Below, one piece after another: positions 1 through 9,445 of a stretch of DNA of 64,000 bases. Within the stretch, counting starts at the first letter, position 1. Every line of letters starts with the position of its first letter. Source of the DNA: Candidatus Poseidoniaceae archaeon (GTDB lineage Archaea; Thermoplasmatota; Poseidoniia; Poseidoniales; Poseidoniaceae); assembly GCA_024958795.1 (NCBI GenBank), contig JANXHP010000009.1, positions 34,776 through 98,775 on the forward strand, read 5' to 3'. Made by a program: the position numbers and the translations under genes. The notes beneath the pieces were generated by a model. The model was not told the DNA's origin, made no database searches, and saw nothing but the letters and a program-made list of their open reading frames with translations.

Positions 1-177
1 AAGTTTATCTACGCTATTAATCTCGAATTTATTCCTCCCATCTTGAGACTCCTGGATTTTTATTTTATTGTTTAAGAATGATATGTTGGAAAGAAATTTA
101 ATGTATTTACCTGATGAAATAAGGAAAACTAGAAGAATCACAAATAAAAAAAGTCCCACACTTGATATACCATCCAT
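1..177 (-). CDS. Partial hypothetical protein with N-terminal hydrophobic/TM segment; runs off the left edge
   Basis: Manual translation from ATG at 177 gives MDGISSVGLFLFVILLVFLISSGKYIKFLSNISFLNNKIKIQESQDGRNKFEINSVDKL..., open to base 1. TTATAAG box about 28 nt upstream. Not in the ORF track. Confidence 0.55.
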   Translation of the reverse strand, partial: MDGISSVGLFLFVILLVFLISSGKYIKFLSNISFLNNKIKIQESQDGRNKFEINSVDKL

Positions 178-263
178 GTCAGTTGTTAGTTGAATCAACT
201 TATAATAGTTATTTTACTAAAATAGAACTATTATCACAGATTTTCAAGACAATAAACAGGAAA

Positions 264-336
264 TGGACGTTGGGGGATTTGAACCCCCGGCATCTTCGTT
301 GCAAACGAAGCACTCTTCCAACTGAGCTAAACGCCC
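264..336 (-). tRNA. tRNA-Ala(UGC)
   Basis: Reverse complement GGGCGTT...AACGTCC-A folds as a cloverleaf. Anticodon arm CTTCG-TTTGCAA-CGAAG, T-loop TTCAAAT, G3:U70 Ala identity pair. CCA not encoded. Confidence 0.97.
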
Positions 337-424
337 CTGTAATTCACGGGGTGAGCCCTCCCCTTTTGAGCCTTCACCTTCAATCAAGTGCTTTCAGCAC
401 ATGGAAGTTTGCCAATTATTGGGA

Positions 425-1726
425 TTAGACAAGGTCAATGGTTGCATCCCTATCTGGACCTACACCAATACTTGTGCATGGAACGCCCATCAAGGCCTCC
501 AACTTTGCAATGTAGTTCTGGGCTGCTGCTGGAAGTGCATTGAATCCAACTCCATCAGAATTGGCCTTCTTGGCAATTTCCAACCACTCTGAGAGTGAGT
601 ATCCAGGAAAACCTGGCATTGAGATGTAAATCGGTTTACATCTTGCGATTGCACTTGCTGAAGAAGGCATTTCAAGAATCTCTTTTCCATCTAATTCGTA
701 TGCAACACAGATCTTGATTTCTTCAAGCCCTCCAAGTACATCTAATTTAGTCAAAGCAATTCCTGTGAATCCATTGATTCTGTTAGCATGGCGCATTACC
801 ACCATGTCAAACCAGCCACATCGTCTCTTTCGTCCAGTAGTTGTACCAAATTCATGACCTACTGTCCCTAGATGGTCACCGACTTCATCTTCCAATTCAG
901 TAGGCATAGCGCCATGACCGACTCTAGTGATATAGGCCTTGGTAATTCCAATTACTTCGGTAACATGACCTGGATGAATTCCAGCACCATGGCTAGCATT
1001 TCCCCTTGATGTTACCGAGGAGGTTACGTATGGGAATGTTCCTTGGTCAATATCCAATAAACAACCTTGTGCTCCCTCTAGAATGATTTGTTCTTCTAAT
1101 TTTAGGGCAGTATCTAGCATCAATCCAGTATTGCGAATTGAACCATTGTAATTGTCCCAAATCCAGTTTACATCCGTATTCAATGATTCTTCTGTAACTC
1201 TGTCTTGTGAACCTGCAGCCTGCAGTGAAGCATTCATTCTCGCTACCGTTGCCGCTGTCCATTCAGCATCATCGATGATTTCACTGAGATCTCCGAATCG
1301 AAGACCAATTCTGTTAATCTTATCTGCATAGGTTGGACCGATTCCCCTTCCAGTAGTTCCAATCTTACTGTCTAGACTGTCCATGTATCTATGATATGGA
1401 AGAATAATGTGCGCCCTTTCACTAACAAATAATCGGTCTCCTCTTGGGTCTTCACCAGTAGATTGTTTCCAATCATCTAGTTCCTTATTGAGAACCCAAG
1501 GGTCAACAACCATGCCATCTCCAAGTACCAGATTACATTCTTTCCTTGTAATGCCGCTTGGCAATAAATGGAACTTTAGCACATTATCTCCAATGACTAC
1601 AGTATGACCTGCATTGTTCCCACCTTGAAATCTCGCTACCCAAGATGCTTGTTCTGCAAGTCTATCGACGAGCTTTCCTTTTCCTTCATCTCCCCATTGG
1701 GCGCCTAGAATGACTGTTGCTGGCAT
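425..1726 (-). CDS. purA: Adenylosuccinate synthetase
   Basis: Motifs GAQWGDEGKGK, QGGNNAGHT, IGTTGRGIGP, EGAQG, EFGTTTGRKRRCGWFD, TKLD. ATG 1726 follows a GAGGAG RBS. Confidence 0.97.
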   Translation of the reverse strand: MPATVILGAQWGDEGKGKLVDRLAEQASWVARFQGGNNAGHTVVIGDNVLKFHLLPSGITRKECNLVLGDGMVVDPWVLNKELDDWKQSTGEDPRGDRLFVSERAHIILPYHRYMDSLDSKIGTTGRGIGPTYADKINRIGLRFGDLSEIIDDAEWTAATVARMNASLQAAGSQDRVTEESLNTDVNWIWDNYNGSIRNTGLMLDTALKLEEQIILEGAQGCLLDIDQGTFPYVTSSVTSRGNASHGAGIHPGHVTEVIGITKAYITRVGHGAMPTELEDEVGDHLGTVGHEFGTTTGRKRRCGWFDMVVMRHANRINGFTGIALTKLDVLGGLEEIKICVAYELDGKEILEMPSSASAIARCKPIYISMPGFPGYSLSEWLEIAKKANSDGVGFNALPAAAQNYIAKLEALMGVPCTSIGVGPDRDATIDLV

Positions 1727-1983
1727 GAGTCTCCTCAACCTGCTGGGAATGATGACCGTCTTTGAACTATATCCTTCCGTCCTTAGGATTTTCAGATGAA
1801 TATTTTCACTATTTTTCTTGAATATATACTAAATGTTTAACTAACAAAGTGTGCCAATAAGGGTAAATTTATGCTTACTTTATTAACAGTGGAACAAAGA
1901 AACTATTGTATTCGCTGAAATAGCACTTTTTTGTCAAAAGGAGTGATAGCACCCTCATAATGATTGGATTACCCAACGAGGAG

Positions 1984-1991
1984 TTTATATA
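1984..1991 (+). promoter_or_regulatory. Canonical TATA box (TTTATATA) with purine-rich BRE-like flank upstream of tfb
   Basis: Sequence aacgaggagTTTATATA, about 40 nt upstream of the tfb start. Confidence 0.55.
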
Positions 1992-2028
1992 TGGCGGCGT
2001 TTACTACTTAACTAAGAGTTGAGAAGTG

Positions 2029-3039
2029 ATGAGTAGAGAGCAAGTAAATTCAAACCCGGCCAATTCAAAGAAAAACCAAACCCGAAAGGGCATTGACTTT
2101 GAAAGACCAACACGAAGAACTTTGGAAGGCCACACAAGGCCTTGTGAGGAATGTTTTGCCGTTGATTGGAATATGGATGAAAAAAGAGGCGAAATCATTT
2201 GCAATTCCTGTGGCCTTGTTGCAGCAGAGAATGTAATTGACCCTGGTGCAGAGTGGACAAATGGAGATAGTGGTCAAGATAAGTCAAGAGTTGGCGCACC
2301 TCTAACCTACACTTTAGCTGATAGAGGATTAAACACGACTATTGACATCAAAGATCTGAATTCCGGTTCATCTGGTCGACTTAGTATGTCCAACCAAGCC
2401 AGAAGGGATTGGAGAAGAAGAAGAGTTGTCGATGAAAGAAGCAAAACCAGAAAGAGTCGTGAAAGAAATTTAGTTAGAGCAAATCAATTCATACGAGATA
2501 AATCAGGGTTGCCAAGACCATTGCAAGAAGAAGTTGCAAGGATTTACAGAAAATTATCATCTGAAGGATTTGTTACCGGCAGATCAATTTCTGGCGTATC
2601 AGCCGCATGTACTTACTTGGTCGCAAGACAAGAAAATCTTCCAAGACAGATTACGCATATCGCTGAATCCTTTGATGTGACTGAGAAGGAATTATCAAGA
2701 TTGATTAGACAGGTGTCAAGAAAATTGAATATGCACAAGATTACTTCACCTGATCAATTCTTTGACAAGTTCATTTCGGATTTACAATTGCCTGCGAATA
2801 TTCACATTCAAGTAAATACTCTTTGGGAATTTATCAAGCCTCATGATGATATTTGGCAAGGAAAGAAACCGATGGGAGTTGCGGCTGCAATAATCTACAA
2901 GGCCTCCAATGAATCTAGCAACCCAAGAACACAAGCTGAAGTTTGTGCTGTTGCAAATATCTCCGAGGTCACACTTCGTGGATTATTACGATTATTTGAC
3001 GGGTTGTTACAACAACTTGGCCACGAATCATTACAATGA
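2029..3039 (+). CDS. tfb: Transcription initiation factor IIB (TFB), divergent paralog
   Basis: Zn ribbon CEEC...CNSC, IDPGAEW...SRVGAP, DRGLNTTI, two cyclin repeats (GRSI, GKKPMGVAAA), C-terminal HTH RTQAEVCAVANISEVT. Alternative start GTG 2026. Confidence 0.93.
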   Translation: MSREQVNSNPANSKKNQTRKGIDFERPTRRTLEGHTRPCEECFAVDWNMDEKRGEIICNSCGLVAAENVIDPGAEWTNGDSGQDKSRVGAPLTYTLADRGLNTTIDIKDLNSGSSGRLSMSNQARRDWRRRRVVDERSKTRKSRERNLVRANQFIRDKSGLPRPLQEEVARIYRKLSSEGFVTGRSISGVSAACTYLVARQENLPRQITHIAESFDVTEKELSRLIRQVSRKLNMHKITSPDQFFDKFISDLQLPANIHIQVNTLWEFIKPHDDIWQGKKPMGVAAAIIYKASNESSNPRTQAEVCAVANISEVTLRGLLRLFDGLLQQLGHESLQ

Positions 3040-3092
3040 TTGATTGTTTTTAGCAACAACCTTGATGAATCTAGGACTCGGAGACATTAATC

Positions 3093-3371
3093 ATGGGATT
3101 CAAGGCCAATGCACGAAAGCATCAGAAAAAGTCTGGTGAAGAGTCGAAGAAAACATCGCCAAAGGCAAAGGAAGGAGTTCTCTCATGTGGAATAAAATCC
3201 TGTGATGGATTTGCTGACAAGAACATGGGAGGGCGTTCCCTCTCTATCGACAATGCAGTGGAAACATGGGGAGATAGTGGATATACGGAAAGAAAAGGGC
3301 GAGTTCGTGTCTGTAAACCATGCTACAAGGTATGGAAGAAGGATAACAAGTCTGATATGGATCCTTATTGA
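3093..3371 (+). CDS. Small basic putative Zn-binding hypothetical protein
   Basis: 92 aa, Lys-rich, with Cx4C...RSLS...CxxCY pattern. TTGATG box at -31. Confidence 0.75.
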   Translation: MGFKANARKHQKKSGEESKKTSPKAKEGVLSCGIKSCDGFADKNMGGRSLSIDNAVETWGDSGYTERKGRVRVCKPCYKVWKKDNKSDMDPY

Positions 3372-3445
3372 CATTAATTTCACTTTTACTTTCACCATTA
3401 GGGTGTGGGAAACGAAGTAGTACCTACGGCTTTCATTTCTGTTGT

Positions 3446-4060
3446 ATGAATAATAGAATCGTACTAAGAAGCCTCGTCACATCTGATGGATGTTTGACTG
3501 CAATGGATGATGGAATGATCATCTGGAGACCAACTACTGGCAGACGCCAACAGACAAAATTAGAATCTTTGGCTACCGTATTATTAGCCTTTAAGAGTGC
3601 TAATAACCGCCTAAATAGCATCGTTGTGGGTGACAATTGTGGTGGAATTGTTCATTTATCAGTACCTTGCCTCGAAGTGATAAATAGATTTGAACTAGAA
3701 GGTGAATCAATACGCTCCATTTGCTCTGCAAGTGAAAGCACACAACGCTTGCTCGTCGCTTGTCAAAGTGGTTCAATATGGATGGTTGGTGAACAAGTTC
3801 CTAGCAGAAAGGTGCATCTGTTCCAGAATGAAGGCCCAGTAACAAGCATTCGAGTTGTCAATAAAGAAATTCATCTGCAAAGTGGATGGAAACGTCGTGT
3901 TATTGATTTCACAGGCTGCCAAATATCATACCATGATGCTTCTGACAAGTTCAAGAAAAAGGATGAACTTAGAGCAATTAGAAGAACTCGGCTACTAGAA
4001 ACTCAACAACATAGTTCAAGTTACCCTATAACAATCTCTCTTGATTCTGTCACTGCTTAA
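3446..4060 (+). CDS. Hypothetical protein, WD40/beta-propeller-like fragment
   Basis: Repeated strand-turn motifs (TAMDDGMIIW, VGDNCGGIV, ACQSGSIW, GPVTSI). Start is uncertain; the ORF is open from 3368. Confidence 0.55.
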   Translation: MNNRIVLRSLVTSDGCLTAMDDGMIIWRPTTGRRQQTKLESLATVLLAFKSANNRLNSIVVGDNCGGIVHLSVPCLEVINRFELEGESIRSICSASESTQRLLVACQSGSIWMVGEQVPSRKVHLFQNEGPVTSIRVVNKEIHLQSGWKRRVIDFTGCQISYHDASDKFKKKDELRAIRRTRLLETQQHSSSYPITISLDSVTA

Positions 4061-4818
4061 GCTGATTCCTTTTCATCCAGTGGCCATGGATTCCTAGGTG
4101 TCAGCCACAATGTAGAACGCGCTGGTCTTGCCCATGAAGAAGGGGGGGCTCCACCATCATCAATACAACTTTGATAAAAATCAAGATGGCGCATAAGAAC
4201 TTCGGCAACGTGCTGTTTTCCTTTTATTGCCGGCCCTTGCATGGGCACTATTGCTGAAAGTTTCATAGCGATTATTTTCTTTATATTATCTCTAATTGCT
4301 ACAATATTGGCTCCAGGTAAATCCCATCTGCAAGGTCTATCTGCTCTTATTAGGATTCCACCAGCAACCAATAAGTTCTCCTTGGAAATATAATATGACA
4401 TTCCATCAGAACTTATTCCATCCATTAAGATCGCTTCAACTTCGCAATCGCCTAAAGCAAAAATATCTCCATCCTCAACCACGGTAGTTTCAACTGGTGG
4501 CATATCCGATTCATACCTATTAGCCCAAGTTGTAAAAAAATCTCCAGTTTGTAATGCTGCTTGTCCTTCTTCATGAATATGAACTGGTGCATTATCAAAT
4601 GATTCTGAAATATATTTAGCTCCACCTGCGAATGGATAAAGACGAGATGTGAGTAGAATTCGGTCCAATTTTTCATCGCCCAATACACCAGTTATTCTCT
4701 CAACTTGCAACATTTGATACCATGAAGTTCCTGCATCAATTAGGATGTTACTCGTACTACCTTTGACCACAACAACATTGGAATCGTGGTGGATTGCCGG
4801 CAATCTAGTGATTCGCAT
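4057..4818 (-). CDS. Metallo-beta-lactamase-fold protein lacking canonical metal ligands
   Basis: SNVVVV...ILIDAG fold signature is present, but the HxHxDH position reads TSRLYPF. TTGAAG box at -30 from ATG 4818. Confidence 0.75.
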   Translation of the reverse strand: MRITRLPAIHHDSNVVVVKGSTSNILIDAGTSWYQMLQVERITGVLGDEKLDRILLTSRLYPFAGGAKYISESFDNAPVHIHEEGQAALQTGDFFTTWANRYESDMPPVETTVVEDGDIFALGDCEVEAILMDGISSDGMSYYISKENLLVAGGILIRADRPCRWDLPGANIVAIRDNIKKIIAMKLSAIVPMQGPAIKGKQHVAEVLMRHLDFYQSCIDDGGAPPSSWARPARSTLWLTPRNPWPLDEKESA

Positions 4819-4959
4819 CGCACAATGCTTGAGCCTCAAGTGCTTCAATTATGCGTAACAATATTTGCAACTTCTACTGATAAAAACGAGAGACTCCGTG
4901 TCGTTTCAAAGAGATTATTGCGGGTTTTGATTAAATAGAGGAAGTTGGTCGCCGACAAC

Positions 4960-5109
4960 ATGGCACGATTCCCTGAGGCTGAAGCCCGCTTACTTCATCG
5001 TAGGATATGCATGAAGTGCAATGCACGCAACGCTATGCGCGCAGTTCGCTGCAGAAAGTGCAGTTACAAGGGTCTTCGATTGAAGAACGTTGAGCGCAAG
5101 GGTATTTGA
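4960..5109 (+). CDS. rpl40e: 50S ribosomal protein L40e
   Basis: Manual translation [49 protein letters not shown] has the L40e C4 Zn motif. TTAAAT box at -29. Below the ORF-track size cutoff. Confidence 0.96.
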   Translation: MARFPEAEARLLHRRICMKCNARNAMRAVRCRKCSYKGLRLKNVERKGI

Positions 5110-5174
5110 TTGCCTTTCATTGTTTACTATTTTCAACTGGCAAATAGCGCTAGCCTTATCGGTATTACTTGCTA

Positions 5175-6173
5175 TTAAAGCCCTAACATTGGCAATAATA
5201 ATGACATTGGGTCACCAACTAAGACAAGTGGTATTATCGCTGGGAATAAAAATACCAAGAGTGGTAATTTGTAGCTGACCCAAACTGATTCAATTCCAAG
5301 TTCTTGTAGTTCTGAAACATTGGCGAGTAGTTGTTCATTGGTCGGTGTTTTCGATGGAGCCCTGGTTCTATGATGCACTGAAGTAGTTCCATCAGGCATC
5401 TCAATCACCGATGAAAGTAGCCACACATGTGATTCAGCGACATTGTTAAGAGGCATTATTGTTGCATGCCATGCTAATCTCAAATCAGATAATTTCTTGA
5501 TATTACCATTTGAAAAATTCTTACCCAGCATTATGAATGGAATGAGAAGGAAAATGAAACCACCCCACATTAATAGTGAAATTGCAGGTGGTAATGATAC
5601 GATGGAATCTATTGTTGCGGATGAGTAAGTGAGGGGAACTGTAGACCAACTCGGCATCAATATTGCAACCCACATTAGGCATTTGGCATCTGCTCCACCG
5701 TGAATCATTCTTACTCTCCAAGCTAAATCAATTATCAGTATTGAAGCACCTACTGCTAGCGTTTTCCACCATAGAGCACCTAGTGAAGTATCATTTCCAA
5801 CAAGTACTTCCAAAGGTAAAGACTCTTGATATCGGATTGCTCCACAAATAACACCTGTAAGACTGATAATGTACCATAATGAGACTGTAATATCTAGTTT
5901 TGAACCCTTTTGAATATCCTTCAAACTCGGCCTACCTATTACCGACATACTCGCATAAGCAATTACTGCGGATGCTGTTAGCATTATTGTCCAATCAGCA
6001 CCTTGTAGCATTAGATCTAATGCCCAAATAAAAATTGCTGGCTTGACCCAATATAGCCAGTGCTCATTTTTGACTCTTCTATCTTTGTGGTCCATCCAAG
6101 CAGCCAACCCCATCCCAAAGAGCAAAACTAGTGCTCTTGTCCAGCCGAGAACCGCGGTATTGTCAATGGACAT
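5175..6173 (-). CDS. Archaeal prepilin/prearchaellin peptidase (A24 GxGD-type aspartic peptidase, FlaK/PibD-like)
   Basis: Multi-TM. First Asp in WMDHKDRRVKNEHW, second in HGGADAK. C-terminal VWVSYKLPLLVFL...GD typical of FlaK. Confidence 0.85.
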   Translation of the reverse strand: MSIDNTAVLGWTRALVLLFGMGLAAWMDHKDRRVKNEHWLYWVKPAIFIWALDLMLQGADWTIMLTASAVIAYASMSVIGRPSLKDIQKGSKLDITVSLWYIISLTGVICGAIRYQESLPLEVLVGNDTSLGALWWKTLAVGASILIIDLAWRVRMIHGGADAKCLMWVAILMPSWSTVPLTYSSATIDSIVSLPPAISLLMWGGFIFLLIPFIMLGKNFSNGNIKKLSDLRLAWHATIMPLNNVAESHVWLLSSVIEMPDGTTSVHHRTRAPSKTPTNEQLLANVSELQELGIESVWVSYKLPLLVFLFPAIIPLVLVGDPMSLLLPMLGL

Positions 6174-6248
6174 ATTGTGCGGGTAGTGGCAATGAACTTA
6201 AAGACGGCCTTCATGGAGCAACCAATACCCCCCAATGGAGGACCTCTC

Positions 6249-6515
6249 ATGGACATCGAAACTAGATTAACACAAGTGGCTTCAGTCATTAAGCAAATCG
6301 ATGACCCAAAGGTTCCTCGCAACATTCGACGTCAAGCAAAAGAGACCTGTGAACTGTGGCTTCTAAACAAGGCGAAGAAGTTGGATGTTCGTATTGCAAT
6401 GTCACAATCAAAATTAGAAGAACTATACGAGGACCCAAATATTCCTCCAGAATTTGGAACACTCATTTTAATGATAAATACTGAATTAGAAAAAATACTA
6501 ATTGAAGTATTGTAA
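6249..6515 (+). CDS. UPF0147 family protein
   Basis: Motifs DPKVPRNIRR and LEELYEDPNIP. ATG 6249 follows GGAGG. ORF is open from 6177. Confidence 0.8.
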   Translation: MDIETRLTQVASVIKQIDDPKVPRNIRRQAKETCELWLLNKAKKLDVRIAMSQSKLEELYEDPNIPPEFGTLILMINTELEKILIEVL

Positions 6516-6517
6516 TC

Positions 6518-7939
6518 TCATTCTTCCTCTACTAGTTCAATTAATTGTTCTAGCATTATCCGTGATTGTGGATTTATTTTTCCTTCACTCAACATCTCAT
6601 TTAACTCATTATATTGTGATTTATTCATGGTTTCTTGAGCCCCTTGTAAAATTAATTCTCTCTGGTCTGTTGAGAGTCTCCCATATTGAAGTACATGTTC
6701 TGCTGAAAATTTAGATGACTTCAACGCCACTTGTTTGTCGCTTAAACCAAGAGTGGTTTGTAACTCTTTCAGAGTCTTTGTTTCATACAATGAGATCTTA
6801 CCATCCTTAAGTGCATTTTTCCATGCTTCATCTATTGTCGGAGCTCTTTCAGAAAGAAGTATTGCAATCGGACGGGTTTCCTCAATATTCTCTAATACAA
6901 TTTTAATGATAACTGCGAATGGTACTGCCAATATCATGCCTAAAATGCCCCATAGCCAGAATGAAAATGCTGTCACTAGCAAAAGAACTACAGGGGATAA
7001 ATCCAATGCTCTTCCAGCCCAACGTGTTTCTATTACATTGCCCCAAACTTGTTGGTTTGTCAACAATAGGACCGTTAGTAGAATTAATGAACTGGGATTA
7101 AGTAAAATCAGCCCAAGGACAATTGGAGGTACTGTCGCAAATAATGAACCAATATATGGAACATAATTCAACAAAAATGTTAACAGCGCCCATGTAAACC
7201 ATAAATCAATTCCAAAAAATGCCATTATGATTCCAGCAATTACCGCCGTCCCCACACCAACTCCTGTTTTTACAACGATGTATGAATTAACGCTGGATTC
7301 AATTTGATCTCTTATCATCTGAACTTTTTCATTTGCTCCTCCGGGCCAAGCACGTTCGATACGACCTGGTAATAAACTGGCTTCAAAAATAATGAATATC
7401 AAAAAGAATGTTACCGTTAAACTAGTAGTCAGTATACTGCCGGTACTAGACATCATTCCAACAAGTACATCAGATAACTGCTGATTATCAGATAATAATC
7501 CCAATTGGGACAAATCACTCCCTAAATCAGATTCTGACCCACCTACAGCATCAATAATTACTGGGCCAACAATAGGCATTTGCTTGATATTTGACCACTT
7601 TTTATCCAAACGATGATTATATTGCTGCATTTTTTCATCATCGCTTACCAAATCATCTGCTTGTTGATATGCAAAAAAGGCAGCACTGCTAACAACCATT
7701 AGAGTAAACATTAGCATAGTAAAGTATGATAGAATCATTGGGAATCCATTTACAGATAATTTATCTGCTCCTGGTTTTAAGACAAAATATATTCCCAACG
7801 CGATAAAGAATGGACGTAATACACCTTCCAAATATATCATTGCAATTGTTAATACAGTAATTATTACCAGTACATTCGCAGCTGCGGATAAACGCTTATC
7901 AAATAAATCGAGATCTGTGGTGACCGCGTTATGCTCCAT
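6518..7939 (-). CDS. AI-2E family (PerM/TqsA/YhhT-like) transporter with C-terminal soluble extension
   Basis: Motifs FLLNYVPYIGS and LSPVVLLL...WLWGILGMILAVP. TTGAAG box at -28. Confidence 0.88.
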   Translation of the reverse strand: MEHNAVTTDLDLFDKRLSAAANVLVIITVLTIAMIYLEGVLRPFFIALGIYFVLKPGADKLSVNGFPMILSYFTMLMFTLMVVSSAAFFAYQQADDLVSDDEKMQQYNHRLDKKWSNIKQMPIVGPVIIDAVGGSESDLGSDLSQLGLLSDNQQLSDVLVGMMSSTGSILTTSLTVTFFLIFIIFEASLLPGRIERAWPGGANEKVQMIRDQIESSVNSYIVVKTGVGVGTAVIAGIIMAFFGIDLWFTWALLTFLLNYVPYIGSLFATVPPIVLGLILLNPSSLILLTVLLLTNQQVWGNVIETRWAGRALDLSPVVLLLVTAFSFWLWGILGMILAVPFAVIIKIVLENIEETRPIAILLSERAPTIDEAWKNALKDGKISLYETKTLKELQTTLGLSDKQVALKSSKFSAEHVLQYGRLSTDQRELILQGAQETMNKSQYNELNEMLSEGKINPQSRIMLEQLIELVEEE

Positions 7940-7991
7940 GTATCTCCATCCTCTTATCATTCTTCAATATGATACCCAAAAAGACATTGTT

Positions 7992-9350
7992 TTACTCTTC
8001 TTGAGTGAAATTTTTCACAGTCGCAGCATTGATTTTCGGCTCTGGCAATTTTAGCGACAATAATGCTGAACAGAGCATTAATAGCCCACATAAATGGAAG
8101 GCTGTGTGGTAATCCCACGGATAAGTTCCATTAGAGGTCAATACCCAAACTACTCCTCCTGAGATTGGCCCAAGAATCCTTGCAAATGCGCCAAGTGATT
8201 CATTTGCACCCATTACAACACCCAATTCAAATCCTTCCGATTTTGCAAATTGGGCCAATAGTGTTGATGAGGAGGGTTGGAATAATCCACTTCCAATCGA
8301 TAACAAACCTGTTACTGAAAGGATGTGAAGCCAAGCATATTCAGATTGTGAGTATGGAATCAAAACCAATCCAATTCCAGTCAATAATGCTGCGAAGGTA
8401 AGCAATCTACGTGAACCAAATCTCTTGGTCATTGGCCCGATTAAGAATCCTTGTGTGATTATTCCAGTGACTCCGATCATAGCAAATATTCTACCATTAT
8501 CTGCCTCACTGAAATTGAGTCCACCATCAGCAACTGGCATACCAGTATAGAGAATGAAGATAGCATGCATTATTGTGAAACCAAATGTGAATAACATCGC
8601 AACCCAAATTATCACAGCAAGCGTACCTTCGGACAGCATTTTCTTAGAATTAGAATACATATTCTTCATCTGCTGATTCCAAGTTCTCGAAGTATCTGTT
8701 TTTCTCATGTCAGGAGTTAATGACTCTGGAAGGTTACGTACAGCAATAATCAATGAAATCGTTGATAGTGCACTAGCCAAAATACAAGGTAATAGGTATG
8801 GATAAGACTCAAAGATAGTTCCTTGGAAAGTTTCCCACCTCAATGCAGGAGCAGATAATTCACCTCCCAAAAATGGACCTATTGTAAAACCTAAACCGAA
8901 TGCTGCTCCAATTATTCCCATCCTAGTTGCTAATTGCTGAGGATTACTAACATCACCGATATATGCTCTAGCAACAGCAATATTTCCATTGAATACTCCA
9001 GCTAAAAATCTCGCTGCAAGAGCCATCATCAATGTATTTGAAAGCCCGAAAACTGCAAAAAATACTGTGTTTCCAGTTAATCCCACCATCAATACTGGCC
9101 TTCGACCAATACGATCACTCAATGAGCCCCAAAAGGGAGAGAAAAGAAACTGTGCTGCTGAATACGAAGTCATTAGTAATCCGACCCAAAGACCGACTTC
9201 TGTTACCCCCTCTGCTCCAGCAAGGTCTTCAACGAGATAAGTTAGAAATGGAATTACTATTCCAAATCCAATCATATCTATCATTGTTACAAGAAATAAA
9301 ACAACCAGTGCGCCTTTACTAGCATCTTTGACTTTATCTGAGTCAACCAT
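7992..9350 (-). CDS. MFS transporter, TetA/DHA1-like
   Basis: DMIGFGIVIP, motif A (GSLSDRIGRRPVL), ARAYIGD, motif C (GLGFTIGPFLGG). Confidence 0.9.
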   Translation of the reverse strand: MVDSDKVKDASKGALVVLFLVTMIDMIGFGIVIPFLTYLVEDLAGAEGVTEVGLWVGLLMTSYSAAQFLFSPFWGSLSDRIGRRPVLMVGLTGNTVFFAVFGLSNTLMMALAARFLAGVFNGNIAVARAYIGDVSNPQQLATRMGIIGAAFGLGFTIGPFLGGELSAPALRWETFQGTIFESYPYLLPCILASALSTISLIIAVRNLPESLTPDMRKTDTSRTWNQQMKNMYSNSKKMLSEGTLAVIIWVAMLFTFGFTIMHAIFILYTGMPVADGGLNFSEADNGRIFAMIGVTGIITQGFLIGPMTKRFGSRRLLTFAALLTGIGLVLIPYSQSEYAWLHILSVTGLLSIGSGLFQPSSSTLLAQFAKSEGFELGVVMGANESLGAFARILGPISGGVVWVLTSNGTYPWDYHTAFHLCGLLMLCSALLSLKLPEPKINAATVKNFTQEE

Positions 9351-9445
9351 TATTCTACCCCTACATTCAAGGGAAAGACTCACCCTTTTGTAATAAACGG
9401 ATAATTATCAGAATAGGCTAGCATTTGCATTGTTGCAATTGCAAT

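Noticed and set aside
162-428. 88-aa plus-strand ORF
   Set aside because: It is antisense to tRNA-Ala and has no protein features.
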